NCBI RefSeq assembly: GCF_009914755.1
Contig: NC_060941.1
Length of the DNA: 64,000 nt
Origin: the human T2T-CHM13v2.0 reference genome, Homo sapiens
Strand: one strand, 5' to 3'
This document shows positions 15,391 through 28,068 of this stretch, piece by piece; positions within the stretch are counted from its first letter, which is position 1, and each line of letters opens with the position of its first letter. The notes under the pieces were generated by a model that did not search any database, was not told where the DNA came from, and saw only the letters and a list, made by a program, of their open reading frames with translations. Position numbers and translations under genes: made by a program.

Positions 15391-16481
15391 GGGTGGGTGC
15401 GGGATCTGTAGGGTGGGGTGTGGGATCTGTAGGGTGGGTGTGGAATTGTAGGGTGGGTGTGGGATCTGTAGGGTGGGTGTGGGATTGTAGGGTGGGTGTG
15501 GGATTGTAGGGTGGGTGTGGGATTGTAGGGTGGGTGTGGGATCTGTAGGGTGGGTGTGGGATCTGTAGGGTGGGTGTGGGATCTGTAGGGTGGGTGTGGG
15601 ATTGTAGGGGGAGTGTGGGATCTGTGGGGTGGGTGTGGGATTGTAGGGTGGGTGTGGGATTATAGGGTGGGTGTGGGATCTGTAGGGTGGGTGTGGGATC
15701 TGTAGGGTGGGTGTGGGATTGTAGGGGGGGTGTGGGATCTGTAGGGTGGGGTGTGGGATCTGTAGGGTGGGTGTGGGATCTGTAGGGTGGGTGTGGGATC
15801 TGTAGGGTGGGTGTGGGATTGTAGGGTGGGTGTGGGATCTGTAGGGTGGGTGTGGGATTGTAGGGTGGGTGTGGGATTATAGGGTGGGTGTGGGATCTGT
15901 AGGGTGGGTGTGGGATCTGTAGGGTGGGTGTGGGATTGTAGGGGGGGTGTGGGATCTTTGGGGGGGTGTGGGATCTGTAGGGTGGGTGTGGGATTGTAGG
16001 GTGGGTGTGGGATTGTAGGGTGGGTGTGGGATCTGTAGGGTGGGTGTGGGATTGTAGGGTGGGTGTGGGATTGTAGGGTGGGTGTGGGATTGTAGGGTGG
16101 GGTGTGGGATTGTAGGGTGGGTGTGGGATTGTAGGGTGGGTGTGGGATTGTAGGGTGGGGTGTGGGATCTGTAGGGTGGGGTGTGGGATCTGTAGGGTGG
16201 GTGTGGGATTGTAGGGTGGGTGTGGGATTGTAGGGTGGGTGTGGGATCTGTAGGGTGGGGTGTGGGATCTGTAGGGTGGGTGTGGGATCTGTAGGGTGGG
16301 TGTGGGATCTGTAGGGTGGAGTGCGGGATCTGTAGGGTGGAGTGCGGGATCTGTAGGGTGGGTGTGGGATCTGTAGGGTGGGGTGTGGGATTGTAGGGTG
16401 GGTGTGGGATTGTAGGGTGGGTGTGGGATCTGTAGGGTGGGGTGCGGGATCTGTAGGGTGGGGTGTGGGATCTGTAGGGTG
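15391..16481 (+). repeat. 19-21-bp G-rich VNTR GGGTGGGTGTGGGAT(C)TGTA, about 55 copies, G4-prone
   Basis: gggtgggtgtgggatctgta / gggtgggtgtgggattgta tandem; three GGG runs per unit. Confidence 0.97.
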
Positions 16482-18030
16482 GCAGGTCCCCCACCAGGTT
16501 CTTAAGGCCCTGTGTTCGCAGCCTGGGCCCTGAAAGCCAGGTGGTGAGCCAAGGCCCTGGTGCCCAGGCCAGGAGTTGGTGTCTCTGAGAACCCAAAGAT
16601 CGAGGAGAGGCTCTGAGAACCCACCGAGGAAACAGCCCCATCACACACACACAGGAGGGAAAGCCAGAAGATCAGCTTAAAATAGTTTGGAGACGGGAGG
16701 CGGCGCAGGTCTCAGGGCTGTCCTGCCACTGTGCAGCAGTGTCCTTGGTAAATCCTGATCAACACATTGACTCGTCAGATAACGTGGACCCTTCTGAGTC
16801 ATTTCTTGGTCTTTTGACCCTTCCCAGTTTGGGAGGGGGTACGTCACAGTCCCAAGTTTTTCTCGTAAAGGGGTGTCCCCCATAGAATGCACCCTTGAGA
16901 TCACATGGTCCTGGAGCCCCTTTCCAGGGGGTTCCAGAACAATGCTATGAAACATTTGTTCATTTGATTCGTATTTGTTGAATTCCTGCTACCTACCAGT
17001 CACTCTCAAGCATAACACGGAGCTGGTTCTGCAGACTACACCCGGGCATCTGGGAACTGGCACCCAGGAGAGCACCCGACACCGCTGAGCTGGGCCAGCA
17101 GGTCGTTCTCTCTGATTCCCCATCAGCCTTGCAAGACCTGTCTTAGGAAGAGGAGTCCAAGTGAGAAAGGGGCAGATCCTGGAGCCGGGAAGGGATTTGG
17201 GGGAGGGCCCCTGACGCCCTGTGGGCTGACCGTTCCCCGGTGCCACTCAGGAGTCTCCTGTGGAGCCCTCACATTTGCAGTGGGATGTGCTGTAGGTTTA
17301 CGGGATCCCAGCGCCAGACAGAGTGAGAGGAACGGGACATTCATGCTGGTGTCCGTGGGTCCCGCCTGTTGCCTCTCAGACCTCTCACCGAGCTTCTTGA
17401 CCTGGGCTTCGCAGACCCTGGGCTCTTGGACCTGTGTTCAAAGGAGCATGGACTCTGGCTGGGGTTGCTAAAGCTTCAGACAACTGTCCAGCGCTGAGTG
17501 GAGCGGAGGCAAGCCCAGGGGTGCTGCCCAGAGGCAGCTTCCTGAGAAAATGAAGTTGCTGTTGTTTAAAGCCACCGAGGTTTTGCAGCAACGGGGGAGT
17601 GAGCATTGGTCTCCACCACGCCCGGGGCCGGGTCAGGCCAGGACGAAGGGTGATGTTTCCTGTGCGGATCCCGTAGGTGGAGTTCACCGTCACTGGGAGG
17701 CCTCACAATCATTGCTTTATTCACCTCGACAGGTCCCATGAGGCGAGCCCCCGCTCCTCCCTTATTTAAGCATTTTAAATAACGAGTTTACAAATTTCCA
17801 ACTTCAAAATGTGTTAAAAAATCTTCACTCCTCCCACCTCCTCTCCCGTCTGCTCAGTCCTGCCTCTTGGAAGAGGCAGCCATTGTCACTGGTGTCTTAG
17901 GTGACTTCCCAGAGGTCCTTTAGCACATACAGTTCAATACAAATACATATTCCCTGACTTTTACACCAACGGCAGGATGTTACATACACTTTTCTCCTTG
18001 TTACTTAAAAATTTTTAAATTTTCTTTCAT

Positions 18031-18680
18031 TTTTATAATAGACTTTATTTTTAGGGCAGTGTTAGGTCTACAGAAAATTGAGGGGATCGTAGAGAGAGTT
18101 CCCACATACCCACGTCCAGTTTCTTGCACTGTTAACAGTTTATGTTAGAATGATACTTTGTTACAATCAATGAACCAGTGTTGTCACATGATTGTTAGCT
18201 AAAGTCTGAAGTTTATTCACGTCTTTAGTTTCCCCTAAATGTCCTTTCTCTGTCCCAGGACCCATCCAGGGTCCCACATGACACTTTGTCCCGCGTCTCC
18301 GTAGGCCTCTCGGGGCTGGGCAGTTCTCAGACTGGCTTTTGGTGACTGGGACAGTTTTGAGGAGGCCTGTTGGGTGTTTGGTAGCTGCGTCTCTGTTAGA
18401 ATTGTTCTGATGTGTTTCTCGTGGTAAGACTGGGGTTTGGGGCCTGGGGACAATGACCCCAGAGGTGAAGTGCCCTGCTCACCCCATCCTGTGAGGGACT
18501 CACACACCCAGCACGGATGCTTGCTGTGGACACTGGCCTCGGCCACCCAGCTGAGGGGAGTCGGTCAGGTCTCCCCACGGTGATGTGATCCTTTTCCTTC
18601 CCTCTCCATACTCTCGGGAAGGAAGTCAGTCTACACAGCCCACACTTGAGGGTTGCGTATTTATGTTTAATTTAATATTA
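18031..18680 (-). mobile_element. L1MC-type 3' end fragment
   Basis: atagactttattttttagggcagtgttaggtctacagaaaattgag...agagagttcccacatacc...tttgttacaatcaatgaaccagtgttg...ctgtcccaggacccatccaggg. Confidence 0.75.
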
Positions 18681-18810
18681 TTTATTGGAGATCTTTTCAT
18701 ATGACTACAAAAAGAACTTCGTGTTCTGTTTCACGCCTCATAGTATTCTATTGTACGCATCTGCCGAGACATTTGACCGGTCCTCTCCTTGATGTGCATT
18801 TAGGATGTAA

Positions 18811-19125
<315 letters not shown>

Positions 19126-19169
19126 GAAGACACATACTTTTAAAAATATTATTTTTACATTGATTTGGT

Positions 19170-19910
19170 AAATTCTTAGAATTGCTGGGTCAGAGCCAGA
19201 CGCGCTTGCAATTTTGTTAAGTGCAGTGAACTCTCCTCCATCGAAGTTTGTGCTGTTCCGTGCTCCCGCCAGCAGCAGGCGAGGCTGGCCTCCGGCAGGT
19301 TGTCGAAAGCTTGGCTTTCACCGAGCAGATGTATGAAAACTGGTATCTCAGTGTAGTTTTAGTCTTTAATTTACCTTTTGATGAATCACTCTGAGCATCT
19401 CTTATATGATGAAGGGTCATTTTTATTCATTTTTTTGTGAACAATTTGTTTGTTGATCTGTTAGATTTCTTTGGCTATAAAGATTAGCTCTCCGTCTGAG
19501 GTAGGAATTGCTTGTATGTTTTCCCCGTGTCATTTGTCTTTCAACTTTGTTTTGTTGTAGGTGTTTTGGCCATGAAAAAAATATTTCGGGCAAAAACTTT
19601 TCATCTGTTCTCCAGCTTCTGGGCTTTGTGGCGGGGTATGGAAGGGCTTCCCCAGGCTGGGTCATGGGGGCCCCATGCTCTCTGTGCTCTTGTGGTTTTG
19701 CTCCCTAGCATTCACACTGTGGCCCTGTAGGGTCCTGCTGGTGGCTGGGGTGAGGTGTGCATGTAACTGAAGGTGGTCACCTAGTGTTTGAATATCGTTA
19801 CTAATAATTCGTCTTTTCACCACTGACTTGAGGTGCCGCCTTTGTCACATGCTAGCAGCTCATACACGGATTTAGGTTTTTTTCTGAACTCTATTCTGTC
19901 CGTGAGTCTG
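19170..19910 (-). mobile_element. Degenerate L1ME fragments
   Basis: agaattgctgggtcaga...aactggtatctcagtgtagttttagtctttaatt...gagcatctcttatatg...aactctattctgtcc. Confidence 0.5.
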
Positions 19911-19929
19911 GCTAGGCAGGTGCCAGGAA

Positions 19930-20040
19930 GTAGTTAATACCTTGTGCCTGTTTTGCAGACAGGAACACTGAGATAGAGGCAATATCTTGCCCGCGGCCTG
20001 ACAGACAGTAAGTAGGGTGGCACCAAGCTTCAGACCCCAG
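19930..20040 (-). mobile_element. MIR core fragment
   Basis: cctgttttgcagacaggaacactgagatagagg...cttgcccgcggcctgacagacagtaagtagggtggcaccaagcttcagaccc. Confidence 0.6.
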
Positions 20041-22690
20041 GGTCCCATCAGGCGCCCCACTCCTCCTGCCCCTGTGTTATCATCAGGGCTCCTTCTTCCT
20101 CTCATTGGTCATCGTCAGGAATGACTAGAAGGCACAGCATCCCTGTTGCTTATCTGTGAGCTCAAACCAAAAAGGCACCAAGTTATCTGGGGCTCACAGA
20201 GGCGCCGCATGGTACCAGTAGGCCTTGATACTTATCCCTGGAAGGAACCGTTTTCTGTTAAGGAACTTCACTAGATGGTTCTCTCACTCGAGGTGGAAGT
20301 TCGAGGCGGTCATTGTCTTCTGCTTCTCCCACACCCCCGCCAGCTGTCTGGACTTGCACATCTGGGGTGCTGTTTGTCCCTCCTTGCTGGGATTTCCCCA
20401 CCCATCACCCACATGTGGACGCACAGCACCTGCTCCATGCCAGTCCTCTCGGAGACCCTCCTGACCCTGCAGGCAGAGTCGATGTCGCTGTCTCTTGAGG
20501 ACCACTGGCCTCCTCATGCAGCTTCCGTGGGACTGAGATAAGGTGTCTGCATGTCTTCATCTGCCAGCTGAGCCCAGAACACCTTGAAGCCAGGGCTGGG
20601 CTCTGTTTCTCGGGGTCTCCAGGGGTCAGAACCGCAGGTGACTGACTACACGGGGAACTGACTGAGGGGCCTCATGGCTTTTAGACTGTTTTATGAATTG
20701 CAGACATTTATTTAGCTCAGGACAAGCTGCATGCATGTCCAGTTTTATTTAACTTCTAAATACCTGGTCTTCTGTCTGAGTCTGACTTCTGTGTTGCTGC
20801 CAATCAAAGGTGGCTGTGGGTTGTCTGGCACTGGAGGTGTCTCTGTGGGACCTTCCTGACTCCTCACTGCCCCAATTCTCCCCACATCCCTATGTGCCCA
20901 ACACCCTACACCCACTGAGGCCCAACCTGGGCAGAATTACCAAGCAGGTGAGATTGGTTGGCCATTCTCCCAAAGCACCTTTTGCTGAGTCTCTTTCCTC
21001 ACCCCTGTTCTCCCAGCTCATGGTCAGCTGACCCCTTGGGTATGTTAGTGACTCATAGCTTGGGTGTTTTTCCTTCCTGGGGGTATTTGTTTTCTGTCAG
21101 GAGACCCTAGAACATCAGGAAGTACCCCCGCCCCACCAGGTTCCCCAGCCAGCCACTGATATCGGTGAAGCCGAGGCCAGCACTTACGAGAGCCTCCAGG
21201 ATCTGCAGAGGAACACACACCTCCAACTGTCAACTGTCAACTGTGCTGAAGCCACACGTGGGGGACAGGCAACGTGCCCATGCCCTCTGCTGGACTTGGC
21301 ACTGTGTGCGTGACACCCAGCTCCCCTCGGTGCAGCCTGGCAAATCCATCTACCCTGGTGTCTGAAGTTTGCCCATGGTCTTTGGCCAGGGGCTGTGGAA
21401 GGGCCTCCGGGGACTGAAGGTCGGGACCCATTTGGGGTCATTGAGAGTAAATCGACTTGTTAATGGGGCATCCTCCTCAACCCACTCCTCAGGGCCCCAC
21501 ATCCACGCTCACCAACTGCACATGCAGACCCAGGAGGTGCATGAGCTGAAGTCTGTGGGCCGCAGAGCCGTGGGCTCGGAAGAAGCACAGCCCACCATGC
21601 CGTGGATCTCCACGCGTGGCTCCTCTCCACGCCTGTGGGTTGCTCCAAAGCTGCAGCGTCACGCGCAGATGCCAGGTAGCCGTGATGGAGGCTCGGGCAC
21701 AAGCTGTATTGCAACGGCTTTGTGAGTAAGACAGCGGTTTGTCTTAGCTGTATCTCGTTAGGGAGTTCCATCCCAGTCATATTAAAAGCACCATGCCGCA
21801 TGGCACAGAGTGACAACAAATTCCTTCAAGATAAAGGAACCCTAAAACTGTAAGAACTCGAAGGTCTCGTCTGCGATGCAGTTTGTCTGGGGCAGGGGAG
21901 GGATCTGCCCGGTGTGGCTCTGGCCGCAGGCAGGAAGCTCCCTGGAGCCCATTCACTCCCAGCCCCCATCCTGCACCCCCACGTCCCACTCTGTGACTTG
22001 CCTGATTAAAGCGTCAGGGAATTAAAGGGGGAATTGGAGGGCAGCTGCAGCTACACATGAAATGAACAAGGATGCGCTTTTCCTGGTGAACGATGCTTGC
22101 TGGGTGCCCTGTCCCCTAAGGACATCTGAGTCAGAGCCAGACAAATGGGAGAAATTTGTCTGGGGATTAGGAGACCTTTGATGCCTCATCCCTGTGGAAC
22201 TACATGGAGCTCATTCTGCAAATCACCTTCTCCTGCCTCCTCTGAGGTGACTTAAGACTCCGTTCTCTTCTGACCTGTGCTTCATGGGCCTTCCGTGGAG
22301 CCCCAGGCCGCTGGCTGCCTGGGGTGACCATGTCCACTTGTGTCAACCAACACGTGAGCCTGAGAGGCTGGAGCTCAGAATACACCCTGGGGCACGGGGA
22401 CAAGTCCTGGGCAGTGGCGGGAGCTCTGTTTGTCATTTTCCTTCACTTCACTCAGACACACTTCAGCAAGTGTGTCTGAGCCAACATAGAAAGATGGAGC
22501 AGCAATTCAGAAGCATCTCTCCTGAAGACAGAAGGCCAGTGCCCAGCTTCCTGTCACTCACTCGAGAGCATTGGGCACCTGCTGGGGGCTGCATGAGCTG
22601 CCAGTGAGCAGACAGGCAACGTCCCAGTGCTCCAGGGATGCGTGTTCTATCTGGGCAGAGACAACAGCAACCAGCAGACAAGAAACGCCG

Positions 22691-24520
22691 CAGAGTGCTG
22701 TGTGCTGGGTGCCGGGCGACGCTCAGGGCGGCCGTGCGGGCATCCGTGTCAGAGTGCTGTGTGCCGGGCGAAGCTCAGGGCGGCCCTGCGGGCATCCGTG
22801 TCAGAGTGCTGTGTGCCGGGCGATGCTCAGGGCGGCCGTGCGGGCATCCATGTCAGAGTGCTGTGTGCCGGGCGGAGCTCAGGGCGGCCCTGCGGGCATC
22901 CATGTCAGAGTGCTGTGTGCCGGGCGATGCTCAGGGCGGCCGTGCGGGCATCCATGTCAGAGTGCTGTGTGCCGGGCGACAGTCAGGGCAGCCGTGCGGG
23001 CATCCGTGTCAGAGTGCTGTGTGCCGGGCGACGCTCAGGGCGGCCGTGCGGGCATCCATGTCAGAGTGCTGTGTGCCGGGCGGAGCTCAGGGCGGCCCTG
23101 CGGGCATCTGTGTCAGAGTGCTGTGTGCCGGACGAAGCTCAGGGCGGCCCTGCGGGCATCCGTGTCAGAGTGCTGTGTGCCGGGCGACGCTCAGGGCGGC
23201 TGTGCGGGCATCTGTGTCAGAGTGCTGTGTGCCGGGCGACGCTCAGGGCGGCCGTCTGGGCATCCGTGTTAGCGTTCTGTGTGCCAGGCGATGCTCAGGG
23301 CGGCCGTGCGGGCATCCATGTCAGAGTGCTGTGTGCCGGGCGACGCTCAGGGCAACCGTGCAGGCATCCGTGTCAGAGTGCTGTGTGCCGGGCGACAGTC
23401 AGGGCAGCCGTGCGGGCATCCGTGTCAGAGTGCTGTGTGCCGGGCGACGCTCAGGGCAACCGTGCGGGCATCCGTGTCAGAGTGCTGTGTGCCGGGCGAC
23501 GCTCAGGGCGGCCGTGCGGGCATCCATGTCAGAGTGCTGTGTGCCGGGCGACGCTCAGGGCGGCCCTGCGGGCATCTGTGTCAGAGTGCTGTGTGCCGGG
23601 CGACGCTCAGGGCAACCGTGCGGGCATCCGTGTCAGAGTGCTGTGTGCCGGGCGACAGTCAGGGCAGCCGTGCGGGCATCCGTGTCAGAGTGCTGTGTGC
23701 CGGGCGATGCTCAGGGCGGCTGTGCGGGCATCTGTGTCAGAGTGCTGTGTGCCGGGCGACGCTCAGGGCAACCGTGCGGGCATCCGTGTCAGAGTGCTGT
23801 GTGCCGGGCGACAGTCAGGGCAGCCGTGCGGGCATCCGTGTCAGAGTGCTGTGTGCCGGGCGACGCTCAGGGCAGCCGTGCGGGCATCCGTGTCAGAGTG
23901 CTGTGTGCCGGGCGACGCTCAGGGCAACCGTGCGGGCATCCGTGTCAGAGTGCTGTGTGCCGGGCGACAGTCAGGGCAGCCGTGCGGGCATCCGTGTCAG
24001 AGTGCTGTGTGCCGGGCGATGCTCAGGGCGGCTGTGCGGGCATCTGTGTCAGAGTGCTGTGTGCCGGGCGACGCTCAGGGCGGCCGTCTGGGCATCCGTG
24101 TCAGAGTGCTGTGTGCCGGGCGACTCTCAGGGCGGCCGTGTGGGCATCCGTGTCAGCGTTCTGTGTGCCGGGCGACTCTCAGGGCAGCCGTGCGGGCATC
24201 CGTGTCAGAGTGCTGTGTGCCGGGCGACAGTCAGGGCAGCCGTGCGGGCATCCGTGTCAGAGTGCTGTGTGCCGGGCGACTCTCAGGGCGGCCGTGTGGG
24301 CATCCGTGTCAGAGTGCTGTGTGCCGGGCAACGCTCAGGGCGGCCGTGTGGGCATCCGTGTCAGAGTGCTGTGTGCCGGGCGACGCTCAGGGCGGCCGTG
24401 TGGGCATCCGTGTCAGAGTGCTGTGTGCCGGGCAACGCTCAGGGCGGCCGTGTGGGCATCCGTGTCAGAGTGCTGTGTGCCGGGCGACGCTCAGGGCGGC
24501 TGTGTGAGCATCCGTGTCAG
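22691..24520 (+). repeat. 52-bp CpG-rich VNTR, about 35 copies
   Basis: Unit cagagtgctgtgtgccgggcgacgctcagggcggccgtgcgggcatccgtgt; 7 CpG per consensus unit. Confidence 0.97.
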
Positions 24521-24749
24521 GTGGGCTGCTGGATGCTGGGGGGTCACTGACTCACCCCTAGGGCTGAGGGCGGGTGGGTTACTGGCCTCCACATGGGTGT
24601 GACAACCTGGCAGTGAGGGATGGTCATGCAGACATGTGTTGGGCATGGAGCATCCGTGGTGGTGGAAGCCCTCCCATGCCGGGCCGCGGGGCAGGGCTCT
24701 GGGAGAGGACGCAGGATCCCTCCCTGCATGTCTGTCTGCAGATCAGCTT

Positions 24750-24845
24750 CACCTGCCCCCACCCTGGCAGTTCAATCTACTGTCATTAGACCCACCTGCC
24801 CTCACCCTGGCCTGCACCCTTCAATCTACTGTTATTAGACCCACG
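24750..24845 (+). repeat. Imperfect two-copy tandem duplication (about 45-55 bp)
   Basis: cacctgccc(c/t)caccctggc...ttcaatctactgt(c/t)attagacccac occurs twice. Confidence 0.7.
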
Positions 24846-25030
24846 GGGTTTCTTGGTGATTAAACGTGTGTGTTGCTCTCTGCACATCCAAGAACTGCAG
24901 AAAGAGGTTTTTCTCATTCCTGTGATAGATGAAAGTGCAATTTTTAAAAACAGTGAAACTATTCCTGCACAAGAGAACTGTGACTGGATTCTGCCAGGGA
25001 GGAGCTGTGACCAGCAGGGCAGAGACATGG

Positions 25031-25138
25031 GAGGGAAGAGCCGGCGTCACCTCCAGGCCTCCTGCGCCCGAGAGGAGGGAAGAGCCGGTGTCACCTCCAG
25101 GCCTCCTGCACCCGAGGGGAGGAAGAGCCGGCGTCACT
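25031..25138 (+). repeat. About 45-bp unit, about 2.5 copies
   Basis: gagggaagagccggcgtcacctccaggcctcctgcgcccgagag repeated. Confidence 0.75.
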
Positions 25139-26817
25139 GGCCACAGGTGAGGAGGAGACTGGGTTGCCCAAGTAGGGTATGCAGGTCCATTCAAACGCAC
25201 CCAGGGATGACTCATCCCCGCCAGCTGCTCTGGCAAGGCCGGGGGTCTCAGAGCTGGGGGCTGCAGCAAGCACACCAGCTCTCTGCTCCCGAGAGATCGT
25301 CCACAGGCCCCATCAAGATCCCTGGTCACCATAAAATTTAACTTCATAACTTATTGATAATAAATTATAAACAAAAGCCTCCTAATTTACACGCTTGTTG
25401 ACTACTGAGTGCTTGGTGCAGTGAGTACGGCTGCTGCTGTACCAAAAACCACACAGATGAGAATCACTGTATAGGTGAGAACTGTGACTGCCCCTGATTT
25501 CTAGAGGCAGCAACTGAAGCTCAGGAGTGCTTGCGACTCAGCTGTCTCAGGCTGCAGAGCCCTCCTCGTAACCTTGCAGAGTACAATTTCGTCTTAGTGA
25601 CTCCCCTGTATTCCAGCTCTTCCCCGGTGGAACAGGTCACCCCATCAACACACGCTTCATTAATACCCGGGGGAAGGTCCTGAGGGACTGAATGGATTAT
25701 GAAGGAAAAACAAGCAGGAAAGCGAAAGGGGAAGAGACCAGGCAGAGGACGCCCCAGCACTAAAGTGAAAGATCCCTGATGGGCAGGGGCGGCGCGACCG
25801 GGCTCCCAAGACCGGGTCCTGATCTGGGTTTTCGTGTAGCATGGTCACGTGTGGAGACCGGGGCTCCGGGGCTGTGGGCTGGGCTGACGCTGCCATGCGT
25901 GGGGGAAAGGGTGGCAAATTGTGGCCTTGGCCTCTTCTGAACTTTCCAGTTCAGTTACTTTTCAAAAAGGTGCTTAGCCTTCCTTTTCAGGCCAACTTTA
26001 GTGTGACCTCTTCATCTTGGGACGCGGTGGGTGGCTTGTTACGGGGGCAGGTGTCACAAGGAGGGAGATGGTCTGTTTCTTTCAGTCAGGGGGTGGAGGA
26101 AAAGGACTTCAACCTCTTCTCAGAACAAATGTTCTCTTAACGTTGCGCCTCATGCCAGTTCACTGTTTTAATAATAAAAAAAAGCTAAAACCATTGAAAG
26201 AAAAATAAGTAAACACATAAAGAACCGAAGGCCCTGAGCGCTGAAGGATGTGTAAGGACCCCCGGGGCTCTTCGAGGGGTTTCTGGGGATTGTGGGTGTC
26301 CTGGGAACTAAGATGCCTACTCTCGGAGTGGGGGAAGGAAGGATACAGCTTTCTGTCCCAGATTCCAAAGACTGAGGAACAACTGGGTTGTGCCCACTCA
26401 GAGAGATGCAGGGAGACCATGCCCGTCCATCCACCCACTCATGCTTGTCGGGCACCAGCCACATGCACGGTGCTGGGGCAGCCGGATGTGTCCGTTGGAG
26501 CCTGACCCCAGCGTCTCCTGTTAGTGCATCTCATTGTAGAGACGCTTCCTGGACAGGCATTGGCAAGGATGAGCACCTCAGTGCAGCCAGGACAAGTCCT
26601 TATCACAGACATTTGCCTCTGATCATCCTGTAAAAAGACTGTGTTCATTTTTGGGGGTTCCTAGTCCTGGGATTTTGCTTCCACCTTCAGGAAATGCACC
26701 TGGTGACTCTGCTGAGATCTTGCTAAGAACTCCTATCGCCATGATGAACACCTTGTCGTGGGGACGACTCTGTGAAAGGTTCCAGCTCTGTCTCCTGCCA
26801 CAGCCTCTGAACTGGGA

Positions 26818-27065
26818 TGTGAACCTTTCGGTGTCTGGCCATTATCACCCTGATGGTGAACTGGGCAGCCTTAAATTTCAATATTGAAGGGTCAATCACT
26901 GGAAACTATATAGACAAGTAGACGTCAGCATAGGTAACAATTGTGAACCTTTCGGTGTCTGGCCATTATCACCCTGATGGTGAACTGGGCAGCCTTAAAT
27001 TTCAATATTGAAGGGTCAATCGCTGGAAACTATATAGACAAGTAGACGTCAGCATAGGTAACAAT
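26818..27065 (+). repeat. 124-bp direct tandem duplication (2 copies, 1 mismatch)
   Basis: 26818-26941 versus 26942-27065, tgtgaacctttcggtg...cataggtaacaat; only difference aatcActgg / aatcGctgg. Confidence 0.95.
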
Positions 27066-27076
27066 AGTTCCACCCT

Positions 27077-27460
27077 TGTCTCAGGTCATTCTTGCCTTGC
27101 TTTAAAGAAATACTTGAGGCTGGGTAATTTATAAAGAAAAGAGGTTTAATTGGCTCACGGTTCTGCAGGCTTTATAGGCACCATGGTGCCAGCAACTGTA
27201 CAGCTTCCGGGGAGGCCTCCAGAAGCTTACAGTCTGGGCAGAAGGTGAAGGAGGAGAAAGAGAGAGCAGGAGGTGCTAGCCACATAAAACAGCCAGGTCT
27301 CTGAGAACTCAGCCTCGTGAGGACAGCACAAGGTGCTGCTAAACCATTCATGAGAAATCCACCCCCATGATCCAGTCGCCTCCACCAGACCCTGCCTTCA
27401 ATACTGGGGATTACAATTCAACATGAGATTTGGGCAGGGACAAAAACGCCAATTATATCA
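27077..27460 (-). mobile_element. MST (MSTA/B-like) MaLR solo LTR
   Basis: tgtc...gctttaaagaaatacttgaggctgggtaatttataaagaaaagaggtttaattggctcacggttctgcaggc...acatgagatttgggcagggaca...atatca; 5-bp TSD accct/cccct. Confidence 0.88.
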
Positions 27461-27891
27461 CCCCTTGAGGCCCTTGTTTTCTGTTTAATTATCTTGAAGA
27501 TTCAGGGACTCTTAAGGCACGACAGGATCTTAGAAACCCAACCTTTTCCTTTTGAACACGAGGAAACTGAAGTCTGGAATAAAGTGGCTCGTCTGAGTTT
27601 CAGCAGCAGGTTCTAACAAGCTCTATTCTGTTCTTCCAGGATGGCACTCTCTACCTCACCTCATGACCGTGGTCCTTGAATCCCAAGTTTTCAGAAGACT
27701 CAGATAGAGAGGGGCTGCTCAAAGCTCTGGGCTGGAACCCAGAATGGCAGCCGTGGACTGGGTGGGAAATTTACAGCAGTTTGCAGATGTAGACCCCACC
27801 CTGCTCCTCAGGACTTCAACACACCCACCCAGCCTATGCAGGCTTATGAGCTGTGAAGAAATTACATCAAGATTAGATGTCTTCTCAGCTG

Positions 27892-28068
27892 ATTTTTTTA
27901 ATTTTTAATTTTGTTTTAATTACATTAAAATTTTTAATTTTTTTATTTTATAGAGACAGGGTCTCACTATATGGCCCAGGGTGGTCTTGAATTCCTGGGC
28001 TCAAACAGTCTTCCCACTTTGGCCTCCCAAAGTGCTGAGGTTACAGGTATGAGCCACGATGCCTGGCC
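27892..28068 (-). mobile_element. FLAM_C-like Alu monomer with long AT-rich tail
   Basis: tagagacagggtctcactatatggcccagggtggtcttgaattcctgggctcaa...gagccacgatgcctggcc; TSD tcagctgatttt / tcagctgaattt. Confidence 0.85.

Noticed and set aside
15877-16650. 257-aa Pro/Thr/His-rich ORF
   Set aside because: Arises from the 19-21-bp VNTR with frequent frame-shifting unit lengths.
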